A DNA stretch of 63,372 nucleotides, the filler included, from Octopus bimaculoides (lineage: Eukaryota), in the NCBI RefSeq assembly GCF_001194135.2. It is 4 parts of 4 records of this genome, joined end to end, with 100 filler letters (N's around TTAATTAATTAA, not from the genome) between each part and the next. Parts side by side here need not be neighbours in the genome. Positions count along the whole stretch, not along the records: positions 29,521 to 55,050 come from NC_069009.1; 3 more parts are not named here. One strand, given 5' to 3'. Position 1 is the first letter of the stretch; each line of letters starts with the position of its first letter. The translations under genes were made by a program, and so were the position numbers. This document shows positions 37,680 to 51,333 of the stretch, piece after piece. A model generated the notes under the pieces. The model was not told the origin of the DNA. It saw only the letters and a list, made by a program, of their open reading frames with translations, and did not search any database.

Positions 37680-38569
37680 TAATTTATGAATATATTAATA
37701 TTATCTTGGTTGAAAACCTTCGATAATATGTTAATGGTTACCAGGGTACCAAAAATCACACAAAAACTGGGATATTACACCCGGTTAAGGGGTAGAGATT
37801 CCATGTTAAAGTTATGTGTTTTGAGTTGATATAAAGAATAATAATAAATGGAGCAAAACGCATATAATCAATAAGTTCCTTTAATTCCCACATATGTTTC
37901 CAAAATCATATGCACTGTACTCCAAAGGAATAAGAGATGCTGGTATATACATATAATTTTATCTTCAGGGAACCATATTACAAATGCAAGACTTGTGTTG
38001 AATGCTAAGGTTGCGTACGAGGAATAACACTAGAAACAAGAGCGCTAGTTTACAGGGAGCTGTTTAGGGAGAGAGGCTATGAACGCTATACTAGGGATAT
38101 TTTAAATTGCTAAAATAAGTCAGAAACCAATTCGGTCCAGGAAAGATATGGTAAAAGTTTTTATTTTTCATTTCGTTCCTTTCGGGATTTTATCCCTAAT
38201 TTTGTGGTTCTAGAATCTTGCTGTTCTTTCTAGCGTAAGGAATCCCATGAGTGGATTCCTCTTATGTACTTAAATATACGCTGTACCTTATATACATACA
38301 TACATACANNNNNNNNNNNNNNNNNNNNNNNNNNNNNNNNNNNNNNNNNNNNNNNNNNNNNNNNNNNNNNNNNNNNNNNNNNNNNNNNNNNNNNNNNNNN
38401 NNNNNNNNNNNNNNNNNNNNNNNNNNNNNNNNNNNNNNNNNNNNNNNNNNNNNNNNNNNNNNNNNNNNNNNNNNNNNNNNNNNNNNNNNNNNNNNNNNNN
38501 NNNNNNNNNNNNNNNNNNNNNNNNNNNNNNNNNNNNNNNNNNNNNNNNNNNNNNNNNNNNNNNNATATA

Positions 38570-38800
38570 TAAAACAAATAATAAATGAGTATATGCATAT
38601 ATACGTACAGGTATGGGCATACCTATGTCTACCTGTGTATATACGTGCATATCTGGGTACAGGACATTGCAAACAAAACGTAGACAAAAATGTAATAACC
38701 AGAGTACAGAACACACACAGGCCACATAGAGAACATTTTCCTTCATCAGCTACGCCCATTCTAACAGAGGCGTTTCGAAGAGTAGGGCAGGACGCATCGC
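38570..38800 (-). ncRNA. Repeat with hammerhead-like core motifs in rearranged order, copy 2
   Basis: Minus strand gcGTC (38793-38791) ctgcc...cttcGAAAC (38776-38772) gc...gtagCTGATGA (38749-38743) agg. Confidence 0.5.
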
Positions 38801-39413
38801 TAAAATAGCTCTTTCCATGGATCACAAATTTAATTTGTATACACAAATTAAACTGTACCATGGAGGACTGTAGTGGCGGACAGAAAACAAGACAGGAAAA
38901 CAAACGGAAAAGAAAACAAGACAGGAAAACAAATGGGAAAGGCTATGCGGCCAGACGTGAAAAGTTATGTATATGTGGAACGCTGTGAAGCAACGAACTG
39001 GAAGCGGGACGAAGTACGTTCGTATGTTTGCTTGGCGAAAGCCAAGGAAGAAAAGAATTAGTACGTGAACACATGTGATCACGAGGGGTAAAGAAGAGAG
39101 AGTGGAAGAGGGAGAAACAGGGGAGGAAGTAGAAAATAGGTGAGCAACGAGAGAAAGAGAGGAAGAGAGAAATATAGTAGTAACAGAAAGAAGAACGAGA
39201 GGGGTAAGTATTCTTATATATATATGAGTATCTGCATATACAATGGCTTCATCAGAGCTTTGAATATAAAGTGCACTACATTTGGGAAATTACATTTGCA
39301 GGACATACAGGGAAGAAATTTAATGTTGATACCTGAGGAAAGATCTGTCGAAAGTACACAAAAAAGATATATTTTACGATACGGTTTTCTCTATACACAT
39401 GTATAAATAGAGG

Positions 39414-39570
39414 ATTGTGCAGTAAAAAGTTTGTTTCACAACCACATGGTTCTAGGTTCAGTCCCAACGTGTGGCACCTTGGACATGCATCTTCTATTAA
39501 AGCCTCTGGCTAACCAAAGCCTTATGCGTGAATTTCGTAGATGGAAAATGAAAGAAGCCCGTCATATATA
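39414..39570 (+). mobile_element. Family D SINE 5' half running into (TG)n and a gap
   Basis: caaccacatggttctaggttcagtccc...gtggcaccttggac...gaagcccgtc. Similar 5' halves at 30096-30141, 53655-53815 and 55873-56035. Confidence 0.75.
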
Positions 39571-40530
39571 TGTGTGAGTGTATGTGTGCGTGCGTATGTA
39601 TGCGTGTGTTTGTTTGTGTGTGTGTGTGTGTGTGTGTGTNNNNNNNNNNNNNNNNNNNNNNNNNNNNNNNNNNNNNNNNNNNNNNNNNNNNNNNNNNNNN
39701 NNNNNNNNNNNNNNNNNNNNNNNNNNNNNNNNNNNNNNNNNNNNNNNNNNNNNNNNNNNNNNNNNNNNNNNNNNNNNNNNNNNNNNNNNNNNNNNNNNNN
39801 NNNNNNNNNNNNNNNNNNNNNNNNNNNNNNNNNNNNNNNNNNNNNNNNNNNNNNNNNNNNNNNNNNNNNNNNNNNNNNNNNNNNNNNNNNNNNNNNNNNN
39901 NNNNNNNNNNNNNNNNNNNNNNNNNNNNNNNNNNNNNNNNNNNNNNNNNNNNNNNNNNNNNNNNNNNNNNNNNNNNNNNNNNNNNNNNNNNNNNNNNNNN
40001 NNNNNNNNNNNNNNNNNNNNNNNNNNNNNNNNNNNNNNNNNNNNNNNNNNNNNNNNNNNNNNNNNNNNNNNNNNNNNNNNNNNNNNNNNNNNNNNNNNNN
40101 NNATATATATATGTGTGTGTATGTGTGTGTGTGTGTGTACATACATACACACACATACACACAAACACACACATAGTTATTGTTATATTTACGCTTTTAT
40201 AGAGTTATGGTTTCATTTCTCATTTCTTTTTTAAACTGCTAATTCTTGCTAAACATCCAGTATTTGTATTTCCCATATGTGTGTGTTCATGTGAATGTGT
40301 GTCTCTGTATTTCTTATATGTATGTGTGCGCGTGTATCTGTATATATATATACATATACATATATTTATATATATATATATATATATATCTGTGTGCACG
40401 TGTACCTGTATACGTATATATGCATATATAAATAATATATGAGTATATGCATACATATGTACATGTATGTACATACCTTCATCTACATGTACATAGAGAT
40501 ACATATCTGGGTACATGATATATATATATA

Positions 40531-41257
40531 CATACATGCATTATATACAATACATATTATGAATGTATATGCATATATAGATTATGTGTGTGTATGTGCG
40601 TATGTGTCTGTCTGTCTGTATATACTCGTACATATATAATTCCCTTTACACACACACACAGTAACATTACATTACTTGAAAACATGAAATCCCAACATGC
40701 CAACATCCCATAAAAGCACCTTACAGTTCCCTACAAACCCATCACCCCGAAAATTCCAGACCCAACCCCAGATATTTTTNNNNNNNNNNNNNNNNNNNNN
40801 NNNNNNNNNNNNNNNNNNNNNNNNNNNNNNNNNNNNNNNNNNNNNNNNNNNNNNNNNNNNNNNNNNNNNNNNNNNNNNNNNNNNNNNNNNNNNNNNNNNN
40901 NNNNNNNNNNNNNNNNNNNNNNNNNNNNNNNNNNNNNNNNNNNNNNNNNNNNNNNNNNNNNNNNNNNNNNNNNNNNNNNNNNNNNNNNNNNNNNNNNNNN
41001 NNNNNNNNNNNNNNNNNNNNNNNNNNNNNNNNNNNNNNNNNNNNNNNNNNNNNNNNNNNNNNNNNNNNNNNNNNNNNNNNNNNNNNNNNTATATATAAAA
41101 TGGTATATGAGTGTATATGAAAATATATATATACTCACACGCACATGTTATATATATGCCTACTTCGAAGGAAGAAAAATTTTATACCAGAAAATCCAGT
41201 AGGATTTTCCAGTTAATTCCGAGCAGCGTATAAACATCAACAACACTGACTTCATCT

Positions 41258-41290
<33 letters not shown>

Positions 41291-41538
41291 ATACATGCAT
41301 TATATACAATACATATTATGAATGTATATGCATATATAGATTATGTGTGTGTATGTGCGTATGTGTCTGTCTGTCTGTATATACTCGTACATATATAATT
41401 CCCTTTACACACACACACAGTAACATTACATTACTTGAAAACATGAAATCCCAACATGCCAACATCCCATAAAAGCACCTTACAGTTCCCTACAAACCCA
41501 TCACCCCGAAAATTCCAGACCCAACCCCAGATATTTTT
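40531..41538 (+). repeat. Apparently identical 249-bp direct duplication spanning a gap
   Basis: 40531-40779 matches 41290-41538; the first copy ends at the N-run. Confidence 0.9.
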
Positions 41539-41994
41539 CTAAACCTACCATTCAGCAATACTATTGGATTACGATAGAGAATTACGTCAGTCGCTCTACA
41601 GCTTAGAATCACAAAGAATGACGTCAAATATCTAAGTTAAGTCCTGCCTAAATTTATATAAACACTGATTGTTGTGCTGTAACATGGTTGATGTATTTGT
41701 TGTTGTTGTAGGTACATTCTTTGTTGTTTTCGCTGTAGCCACCGTCGTCGTTCTTATTGGTGGTTGTAACTGTCGTTGTAATTGTTGTATTTGTATGATT
41801 CCGTATACTTATATATTTACTAAAAAATTTCTGTTTTTTAAAACAACACATTTTATGTGTTGTGACTGCGTGTATAAGTGTATAACTATGTTTATGTATG
41901 CGAATGTTTGTACATATATATGTGTGTGTGCGTGTATTTATTCTCTTCATGCAATTCTATAAACGATTAATGCTTGTACTACATACATACATGC

Positions 41995-42051
<57 letters not shown>

Positions 42052-42488
42052 NNNNNNNNNNNNNNNNNNNNNNNNNNNNNNNNNNNNNNNNNNNNNNNNN
42101 NNNNNNNNNNNNNNNNNNNNNNNNNNNNNNNNNNNNNNNNNNNNNNNNNNNNNNNNNNNNNNNNNNNNNNNNNNNNNNNNNNNNNNNNNNNNNNNNNNNN
42201 NNNNNNNNNNNNNNNNNNNNNNNNNNNNNNNNNNNNNNNNNNNNNNNNNNNNNNNNNNNNNNNNNNNNNNNNNNNNNNNNNNNNNNNNNNNNNNNNNNNN
42301 NNNNNNNNNNNNNNNNNNNNNNNNNNNNNNNNNNNNNNNNNNNNNNNNNNNNNNNNNNNNNNNNNNNNNNNNNNNNNNNNNNNNNNNNNNNNNNNNNNNN
42401 NNNNNNNNNNNNNNNNNNNNNNNNNNNNNNNNNNNNNNNNNNNNNNNNNNNNNNNNNNNNNNNNNNNNNNNNNNNNNNNNNNNNNNNN

Positions 42489-42553
<65 letters not shown>

Positions 42554-43195
42554 GTATGTATACCATTGCATCTCTGTATATATGTATGCATACCCAAATA
42601 TACATATATAAACACACATGTAGAGGTATTTATATGTATATATACATATATACACACACATGTATATATATATACATACATCGATGTGTATATGTATATA
42701 TACATATATATACACACATATACAGATACATATATACACACATATATGCATACATACATGCATACATACATACATGCATGCATACATACATACATACATA
42801 CATACATACATACATACATACATACATACATACATACATGCGTTCACCTGTGTGCGATTTCCGTGTGTTTTCATTTTTGTTGAAAAATCGTTTTTGCAAT
42901 TCAGCTGAGTTTGGAGTAAAGCTGTCGTTAAGTTACATATTTCCGTGACTGGGGACGACGTATAGGTATGTGTGCATGTATAAGTATGTATGTAAATGCA
43001 TATATGCATTTACTGTATATATGTTTGTTTTTAAGTCAGGTTATATGCAAAAAATGTTAACATACAGAAGGATCTCCCAATACTTTGGAGAGAGCATATT
43101 TGTTAAACTTTTACAAGATCGATAATAATGACTCCGACATTCAACGTGTTACTATTCTTCAGAATGTATATACATACATACATACATACATACAT

Positions 43196-43240
<45 letters not shown>

Positions 43241-43853
43241 NNNNNNNNNNNNNNNNNNNNNNNNNNNNNNNNNNNNNNNNNNNNNNNNNNNNNNNNNNNN
43301 NNNNNNNNNNNNNNNNNNNNNNNNNNNNNNNNNNNNNNNNNNNNNNNNNNNNNNNNNNNNNNNNNNNNNNNNNNNNNNNNNNNNNNNNNNNNNNNNNNNN
43401 NNNNNNNNNNNNNNNNNNNNNNNNNNNNNNNNNNNNNNNNNNNNNNNNNNNNNNNNNNNNNNNNNNNNNNNNNNNNNNNNNNNNNNNNNNNNNNNNNNNN
43501 NNNNNNNNNNNNNNNNNNNNNNNNNNNNNNNNNNNNNNNNNNNNNNNNNNNNNNNNNNNNNNNNNNNNNNNNNNNNNNNNNNNNNNNNNNNNNNNNNNNN
43601 NNNNNNNNNNNNNNNNNNNNNNNNNNNNNNNNNNNNNNNNNNNNNNNNNNNNNNNNNNNNNNNNNNNNNNNNNNNNNNNNNNNNNNNNNNNNNNNNNNNN
43701 NNNNNNNNNNNNNNNNNNNNNNNNNNNNNNNNNNNNNNNNNNNNNNNNNNNNNNNNNNNNNNNNNNNNNNNNNNNNNNNNNNNNNNNNNNNNNNNNNNNN
43801 NNNNNNNNNNNNNNNNNNNNNNNNNNNNNNNNNNNNNNNNNNNNNNNNNNNNN

Positions 43854-43896
<43 letters not shown>

Positions 43897-44454
43897 CACA
43901 CAAAGTATATAATTTTATAAATATAATTATAAAATTGTAATAAGGGCAACTACCAAGTAACGCTAAATGGCTCTAAACATGTATATGTATACACACGCAT
44001 ATATATACATACATATATACATATACATACATATATACATATGTATGTACATACATATACATACATACATAAACATACATACATACATATACATATATAT
44101 ACGTACGTACATATACATTTATATACATATATACATACATACAGATATACATACACACATAGCGAACTCGAAGCGACAAGTCTCGTATTTGGCGTGTGAG
44201 ACTACTTATGGAAAATTCGATGAATACTATCTCCAACTTTGGAGCCGCAACTATCAGCCTTGTTGAATAACTGGTTAATCTTCAGATGAATTAACTGAGG
44301 GAACTTTGTATTCACGACTGAAACTTGAATTTAGCATGCAGAGAGTTACTACAAATAACATGGCTGGACACAACATGAACAACACAACCGAGGAAGAGAA
44401 CGAAAACAACAGCTCAACAGGTAAACAAATTCATTCTAGCTGTAGTTATAGAAG

Positions 44455-44829
44455 TTGTTGTTGGCACTCCGTCGCTTACGACGTTGAGGGTTCCAGTTGA
44501 TCCGATCGTGAAATTAACGTGCAAGTGGATGAGCACTACAAAGACACGTGTACCCTTATAACGTAGTTCTCGAGGATATTCAGCGTGACACAGTGTGTGA
44601 CAAGGCTGACCCTTTGAATTACAGGCACAACAGAAACAGGAAGTAAGAGTGGGAGAAAGTTGTGGTGAAAGAGTACAGCAGGGTTCGCCACCATCCCCTG
44701 CCGGAGCTTCGTGGAGCTTTAGGTGTTTTTGCTCAATAAACACTCACAACGACTGGTCTGGGAATCGAAACCGCGATTTTATGGCCGCGAGTCTACTGCC
44801 CTAACTACTGGGCCATTGCGCCTCCACGG
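44455..44829 (-). mobile_element. tRNA-derived SINE, family A
   Basis: Reverse copy; 10-bp TSD gttatagaag (44445-44454, 44830-44839); 4 extra nt at the 5' end and an internal deletion of about 17 bp near the tail. Confidence 0.9.
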
Positions 44830-45227
44830 GTTATAGAAGAAACCGTAATTATAAAACACATTTCTCTTGGAGTTATGAATATACTTCAAAGCTGTGTCTC
44901 AGCATGGTCGCAGTCTAATGACTGAAACCAGTAAAAGTTAAAAGATAAAGATATATATATATATATATATATATATACCAATGAGAAGAAGACAGTAAGT
45001 TGCAACTATATTCCGTACTCTCTCCATTTGCAACGCCAATTTCTGTGAAAATTCTAAAAGAAAGATCACATAATATTTGTGGTTTTAGGCATGGGAGAGG
45101 CAATTCCACAGACTTGCATCAAAGGTGTGCTATTACACTGTGTGTCTTTCAGACCTTGTTGTAAGGAGAATATAGAGAGGAAATTTTTAAAAAAAGAGAC
45201 ACACGTGTGTGTGGGGGGGGGGGTATC

Positions 45228-45314
<87 letters not shown>

Positions 45315-46752
45315 GGTATCACCTCTGTATCATACTACGTGTATTATGATACATACCGTTGGAAGGCTGATACTAGGAAATTGAATGAGATAAAATCTCT
45401 ACCTAGACTTGTGTTAAAAAAACACGATATACATCGTTTTATTACCGAAGCGAGACGCACTTCGAGGCCGCATTGACTCATAAGAACGGCAGATGCGTTT
45501 CGCCTTTGCGTAGACTTGTCAACACCATGCGTTATTTAATTGTCACCTGCACCAACGAAATTCGTGTCACGATGTTTAGAAAGTATTAAGTTAAACAGTT
45601 AAAATTAATGCTCTTTCATTTCTGCATACTGAATTGATACATCTGTTATATATCTTTTATCGTTTACTCGTTTCAGCCTACGGACATGCTGTGGCACGAC
45701 CTTGGAGAATTTGAGTCGAGTGAATCGACCCCAGTACTTATGTTGTTGTTTTTTACTTTTTGTATTTTCTTTTTGTCTTTTAATCCTGGTGCTTATTCTA
45801 TCTGTTTCTTTTGCCGAACCGCCATTTTACGTGGACGCAAACACACCAACATATATATATATATATATATCTGTTCATCCTCTAATTCCTTATGTACTTT
45901 GTACTTCTATATGTAAACCAGGTTGGCAAAATAACATAGTCTGCCATAGACACCTGTGCTTTGGTTCTTTCTTTCTTTTTCTTTCTTTTTTTGTCACTTT
46001 TGCTATGAATTAAATTAATGAATTCAACGGGATACACCGTCTGCAAGTAGTTGAGTTCAGCATATTATTCTCNNNNNNNNNNNNNNNNNNNNNNNNNNNN
46101 NNNNNNNNNNNNNNNNNNNNNNNNNNNNNNNNNNNNNNNNNNNNNNNNNNNNNNNNNNNNNNNNNNNNNNNNNNNNNNNNNNNNNNNNNNNNNNNNNNNN
46201 NNNNNNNNNNNNNNNNNNNNNNNNNNNNNNNNNNNNNNNNNNNNNNNNNNNNNNNNNNNNNNNNNNNNNNNNNNNNNNNNNNNNNNNNNNNNNNNNNNNN
46301 NNNNNNNNNNNNNNNNNNNNNNNNNNNNNNNNNNNNNNNNNNNNNNNNNNNNNNNNNNNNNNNNNNNNNNNNNNNNNNNNNNNNNNNNNNNNNNNNNNNN
46401 NNNNNNNNNNNNNNNNNNNNNNNNNNNNNNNNNNNNNNNNNNNNNNNNNNNNNNNNNNNNNNNNNNNNNNNNNNNNNNNNNNNNNNNNNNNNNNNNNNNN
46501 NNNNNNNNNNNNNNNNNNNNNNNNNNNNNNNNNNNNNNNNNNNNNNNNNNNNNNNNNNNNNNNNNNNNNNNNNNNNNNNNNNNNNNNNNNNNNNNNNNNN
46601 NNNNNNNNNNNNNNNNNNNNNNNNNNNNNNNNNNNNNNNNNNNNNNNNNNNNNNNNNNNNNNNNNNNNNNNNNNNNNNNNNNNNNNNNNNNNNNNNNNNN
46701 NNNNNNNNNNNNNNNNNNNNNNNNNNNNNNNNNNNNNNNNNNNNNNNNNNNN

Positions 46753-46784
<32 letters not shown>

Positions 46785-48300
46785 GACGGTCTTCTCTCAG
46801 CTTCTGACTGCCAAATTCCACTTATAGTTGTTCGCTCAGTCTATTCTCGCAGGGGGCGTCATGACACTCACCACAACATCTCCCCTTTTGATATTTCGAC
46901 TTCTGTAGGAAACGATACAACAATATATAAATGTAATTAATTAGAGAGACGGAAGATGCAAGATGCGAAAATCTCTATTGATCACTACAATCGTTTTGGC
47001 TAATCTAACCCCGATCCCTTGCGGGTGGGATACTGCACACTATCCCTCGGTGTAGATGTGTCTCTTCAGGTGATATCAAGAGGTATCTCGTTGATATAAA
47101 CTTTGTATTGCACAATTTGTAACTGCATGGTTATTTCATGGACTTCGTAGATAGAAATGACAAATTGACGGATACTGCTTCATTCTTATAGAACATCAAT
47201 AACAAAGATCAGATACAAAAAGAAACAAATATACAATAAAGGGAATAAATTCTTACATATAACCGTTAGTAGATATGGATATACAAACACACGCACAAGC
47301 GTGGTGGTCTGGCGCACGTACACACGCTCGTACAAGCGCACACACACATACAAACACACACAGAGACGCTTGGTCTGTCGCACATACGCACTTACGCATG
47401 CGGGATTAAGTAGATATTAATAAAGTCGGTGCCGATTAGTGGGCAGTGATACGATATCGCTTGGTGAGGAGTCACACATTCTGTGCTGCTCTCCACTGGG
47501 TCTGGCCCACATAACTTTATGGCCCTTATACACTCATAAATACCGACAAAAAGATCAACATATACGTATTCACACGCACATATTCACAAAGTCCAGCCTT
47601 ATATTGCTATACGTTAGTGACTTGTGTCCTTTTTTCATCTTCGGTTTCATTGTTTACATCTGACGTCTCGGATACGAAACGTTGTAACAAAAGTCAATAA
47701 TTTCTATAGAATTTCTATAGAGATAACTTTAGCAAGTGATTGCTATATGTATAGGCATGCACACACATATTCACGCAGTGCTGGCGTATATAACTATATG
47801 TATACATAGGCACGTTAACATACATTAACATTTAGGCGGACCTTCGTGGGTTTATAAGCTCACACATACACTGAAACACATTTCTGTCGATAGATAATTT
47901 AACATCTATATAAGTGTAGACGAATAGGCACATAGGTGTATACAATTGTGCGTAGATACGCAACCACGTAAGTACACACAGATAAATCAGATGCACAGAC
48001 ATAAGAATGTTATGGCTAAGAAGACCCGAAAATACTATTACATAGTATAATAATAAAACATCAAAATGACGTAAGTCAACTTCATAGCAGGAATTAAATG
48101 TACATAGTGTAGTCTCTGATCATATATTCCACTTATGCATATTGGTTGTATCTGCAGTCCATAATTGCATGTATATGCAGTCCACAATGAGGATTAGAGT
48201 AGAGGGATTGGATGGGCTGTAAATCAAACAACCGATAGCCTATAAGAAGCCTCGATATCTGGCTTTGGATAGGTTTTGTTGTGGTTTCATCCCTCGGATG

Positions 48301-48621
48301 TGTCTTCTACTATAGCCTCGGGCCGACCAAAGCCTTGTGAGTGGATTTGGTGGATGGAAACTAAAAGGAGTCTGTCATATATATGTATGTATGTGTGTGT
48401 GTGTGTGTGTGTGTATGTTTGTGTTTGTCCCCCCCCAACATCGCTTGACAACCGATGCTGGTGTGTTTACGTCCCCGTAACCTAGCGGTTCGGCAAATGT
48501 GACCGATAGAATAAGTACTAGGTTTTCAAAGAATAAATCTTGGGGTCGATTTGCTCGACTAAAGGCGGTGCTCCAGTATGGCCACAGTCAAATGACTGAA
48601 ACAAGTAAAAGAGTAAAAGAG
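48301..48621 (+). mobile_element. Family D SINE, 5'-truncated
   Basis: Starts at gtgtcttctactatag and ends (gtaaaaga)2. Confidence 0.9.
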
Positions 48622-49855
48622 TATATAGATATAAGACAGAAAAATATGTAAAAACGCACAGGAGGTTTGTATAGTAAAATTTATGCAAATATTAAGGTCG
48701 TAATGAAACAAAGAGTTTCAGCCGACTGAAATCTAAGACCTTGGAAGCGCAAGATGCGAAACCGGTACTCCCAGTTTATTATATAACGTTGTAATACAAC
48801 TCTTTGTTTCATTACAATCTTAACATTAGCATAAATTTTACTTACAAACCTCTTGTGCGTTTTTACATATTTTTCTTTCGTAAATATCTACAACCACGTG
48901 TAAACGAGATCTGACACATTTATGTTATATATATATATATATATATATATNNNNNNNNNNNNNNNNNNNNNNNNNNNNNNNNNNNNNNNNNNNNNNNNNN
49001 NNNNNNNNNNNNNNNNNNNNNNNNNNNNNNNNNNNNNNNNNNNNNNNNNNNNNNNNNNNNNNNNNNNNNNNNNNNNNNNNNNNNNNNNNNNNNNNNNNNN
49101 NNNNNNNNNNNNNNNNNNNNNNNNNNNNNNNNNNNNNNNNNNNNNNNNNNNNNNNNNNNNNNNNNNNNNNNNNNNNNNNNNNNNNNNNNNNNNNNNNNNN
49201 NNNNNNNNNNNNNNNNNNNNNNNNNNNNNNNNNNNNNNNNNNNNNNNNNNNNNNNNNNNNNNNNNNNNNNNNNNNNNNNNNNNNNNNNNNNNNNNNNNNN
49301 NNNNNNNNNNNNNNNNNNNNNNNNNNNNNNNNNNNNNNNNNNNNNNNNNNNNNNNNNNNNNNNNNNNNNNNNNNNNNNNNNNNNNNNNNNNNNNNNNNNN
49401 NNNNNNNNNNNNNNNNNNNNNNNNNNNNNNNNNNNNNNNNNNNNNNNNNNNNNNNNNNNNNNNNNNNNNNNNNTTCATTCATACATACATATATACATAA
49501 TTATATATGTATAATATTTATAGAAGAAGAAGAAGAAGAAGAAGAAGAAGAAGAAGAAGAAGAAGAAAGAAATGTAAGGAGGAGGAGGAGGAGGAGAAGA
49601 AGAAGGAGAAGAGAAGGAGAAGAAGAAGAAGAAGAAGAAGAAGAAGAAGAAGACCGTTCCGCTGCTGCTGCTGCTATTAAAGATGATGACGATGACTACG
49701 GTTAAGAAGAGACTTCCGGGATAAAATCATTAAGCAGATGCATTATTCTAATGAACCTTGAAATTACATTTTATTACGCTATAAGTATTTCTTTTGCAAT
49801 CACTATCATTTGTCAGCATCATCATCACCATCATCGCAATCATCAGTCACATCAC

Positions 49856-49887
<32 letters not shown>

Positions 49888-50108
49888 CCATCATCACTAT
49901 CATCACTCACATCATCATCACCATCATCATCATTATTATTGTTGTTATTATTATTCTTATTATTATTATTGTTGTTATTATTAGTAGTACTACCACTACT
50001 ACTACTACTACTATTACTACTACCAGCCACAACAACAACTTTTATAAATATTATTTTCATTATTATTGTCACTACTATTATCTTTATTAATATTATCATT
50101 GTTGTTGC

Positions 50109-50139
<31 letters not shown>

Positions 50140-50278
50140 TATATTGTTGATATTATTCGTTATTATTGTTATTATTATTGTTGTTGTTTTTATTGTATAA
50201 AGAAATCAGCAATATATTATGTAAGTATATTTATTTCATTTGTAAGCTTATATTCATTTTACGTTTCATTCCTGTCTG

Positions 50279-50379
<101 letters not shown>

Positions 50380-50803
50380 ACACACATTCCCCCAGCAGAG
50401 ACACACACAGACACCTACCTATATTTATATATATATATGAGCACACACAAACACACATTCACACATATGTATATATGTATATAGATCTCTTGTTGTGTGG
50501 CATTTAATAATGTTAAGTAGTTAAGACAAACTTATATCAATCTACACTGGCGACCGACTATGCACGTTGCAACACGCATTCTAGTAATTATAACAGTTGA
50601 GGTTTGCTGCTAATGTCGTTAACTTTGCAATCATATGTAAGATTCGATAACATTGCTTTGGCAGAACATGCAACAATGCAACAGCTGTTGATTTCTGGTG
50701 CAGTGTTGAAGCGCGGAAGCTTTGCACAGGGATGAATATCGGAAGAAAAGACGACAAAAAATGCATTACGTTTCGCAGAAATTATATCTACACACAGACA
50801 GAC

Positions 50804-50835
<32 letters not shown>

Positions 50836-51302
50836 NNNNNNNNNNNNNNNNNNNNNNNNNNNNNNNNNNNNNNNNNNNNNNNNNNNNNNNNNNNNNNNNN
50901 NNNNNNNNNNNNNNNNNNNNNNNNNNNNNNNNNNNNNNNNNNNNNNNNNNNNNNNNNNNNNNNNNNNNNNNNNNNNNNNNNNNNNNNNNNNNNNNNNNNN
51001 NNNNNNNNNNNNNNNNNNNNNNNNNNNNNNNNNNNNNNNNNNNNNNNNNNNNNNNNNNNNNNNNNNNNNNNNNNNNNNNNNNNNNNNNNNNNNNNNNNNN
51101 NNNNNNNNNNNNNNNNNNNNNNNNNNNNNNNNNNNNNNNNNNNNNNNNNNNNNNNNNNNNNNNNNNNNNNNNNNNNNNNNNNNNNNNNNNNNNNNNNNNN
51201 NNNNNNNNNNNNNNNNNNNNNNNNNNNNNNNNNNNNNNNNNNNNNNNNNNNNNNNNNNNNNNNNNNNNNNNNNNNNNNNNNNNNNNNNNNNNNNNNNNNN
51301 NN

Positions 51303-51333
<31 letters not shown>

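Noticed and set aside
38731-38780. Canonical type-II hammerhead fold (GAAACGCC...GGCGTA-G-CTGATGA)
   Set aside because: Only 1 nt is left for stem I, and the GGCGTA triplet is not conserved in the 37441 copy.
45470-45520. Minus-strand GAAACGC...CTTATGA as a type-II hammerhead
   Set aside because: Mutated core, no GTH triplet, and stems of 3 bp or fewer, compatible with chance.
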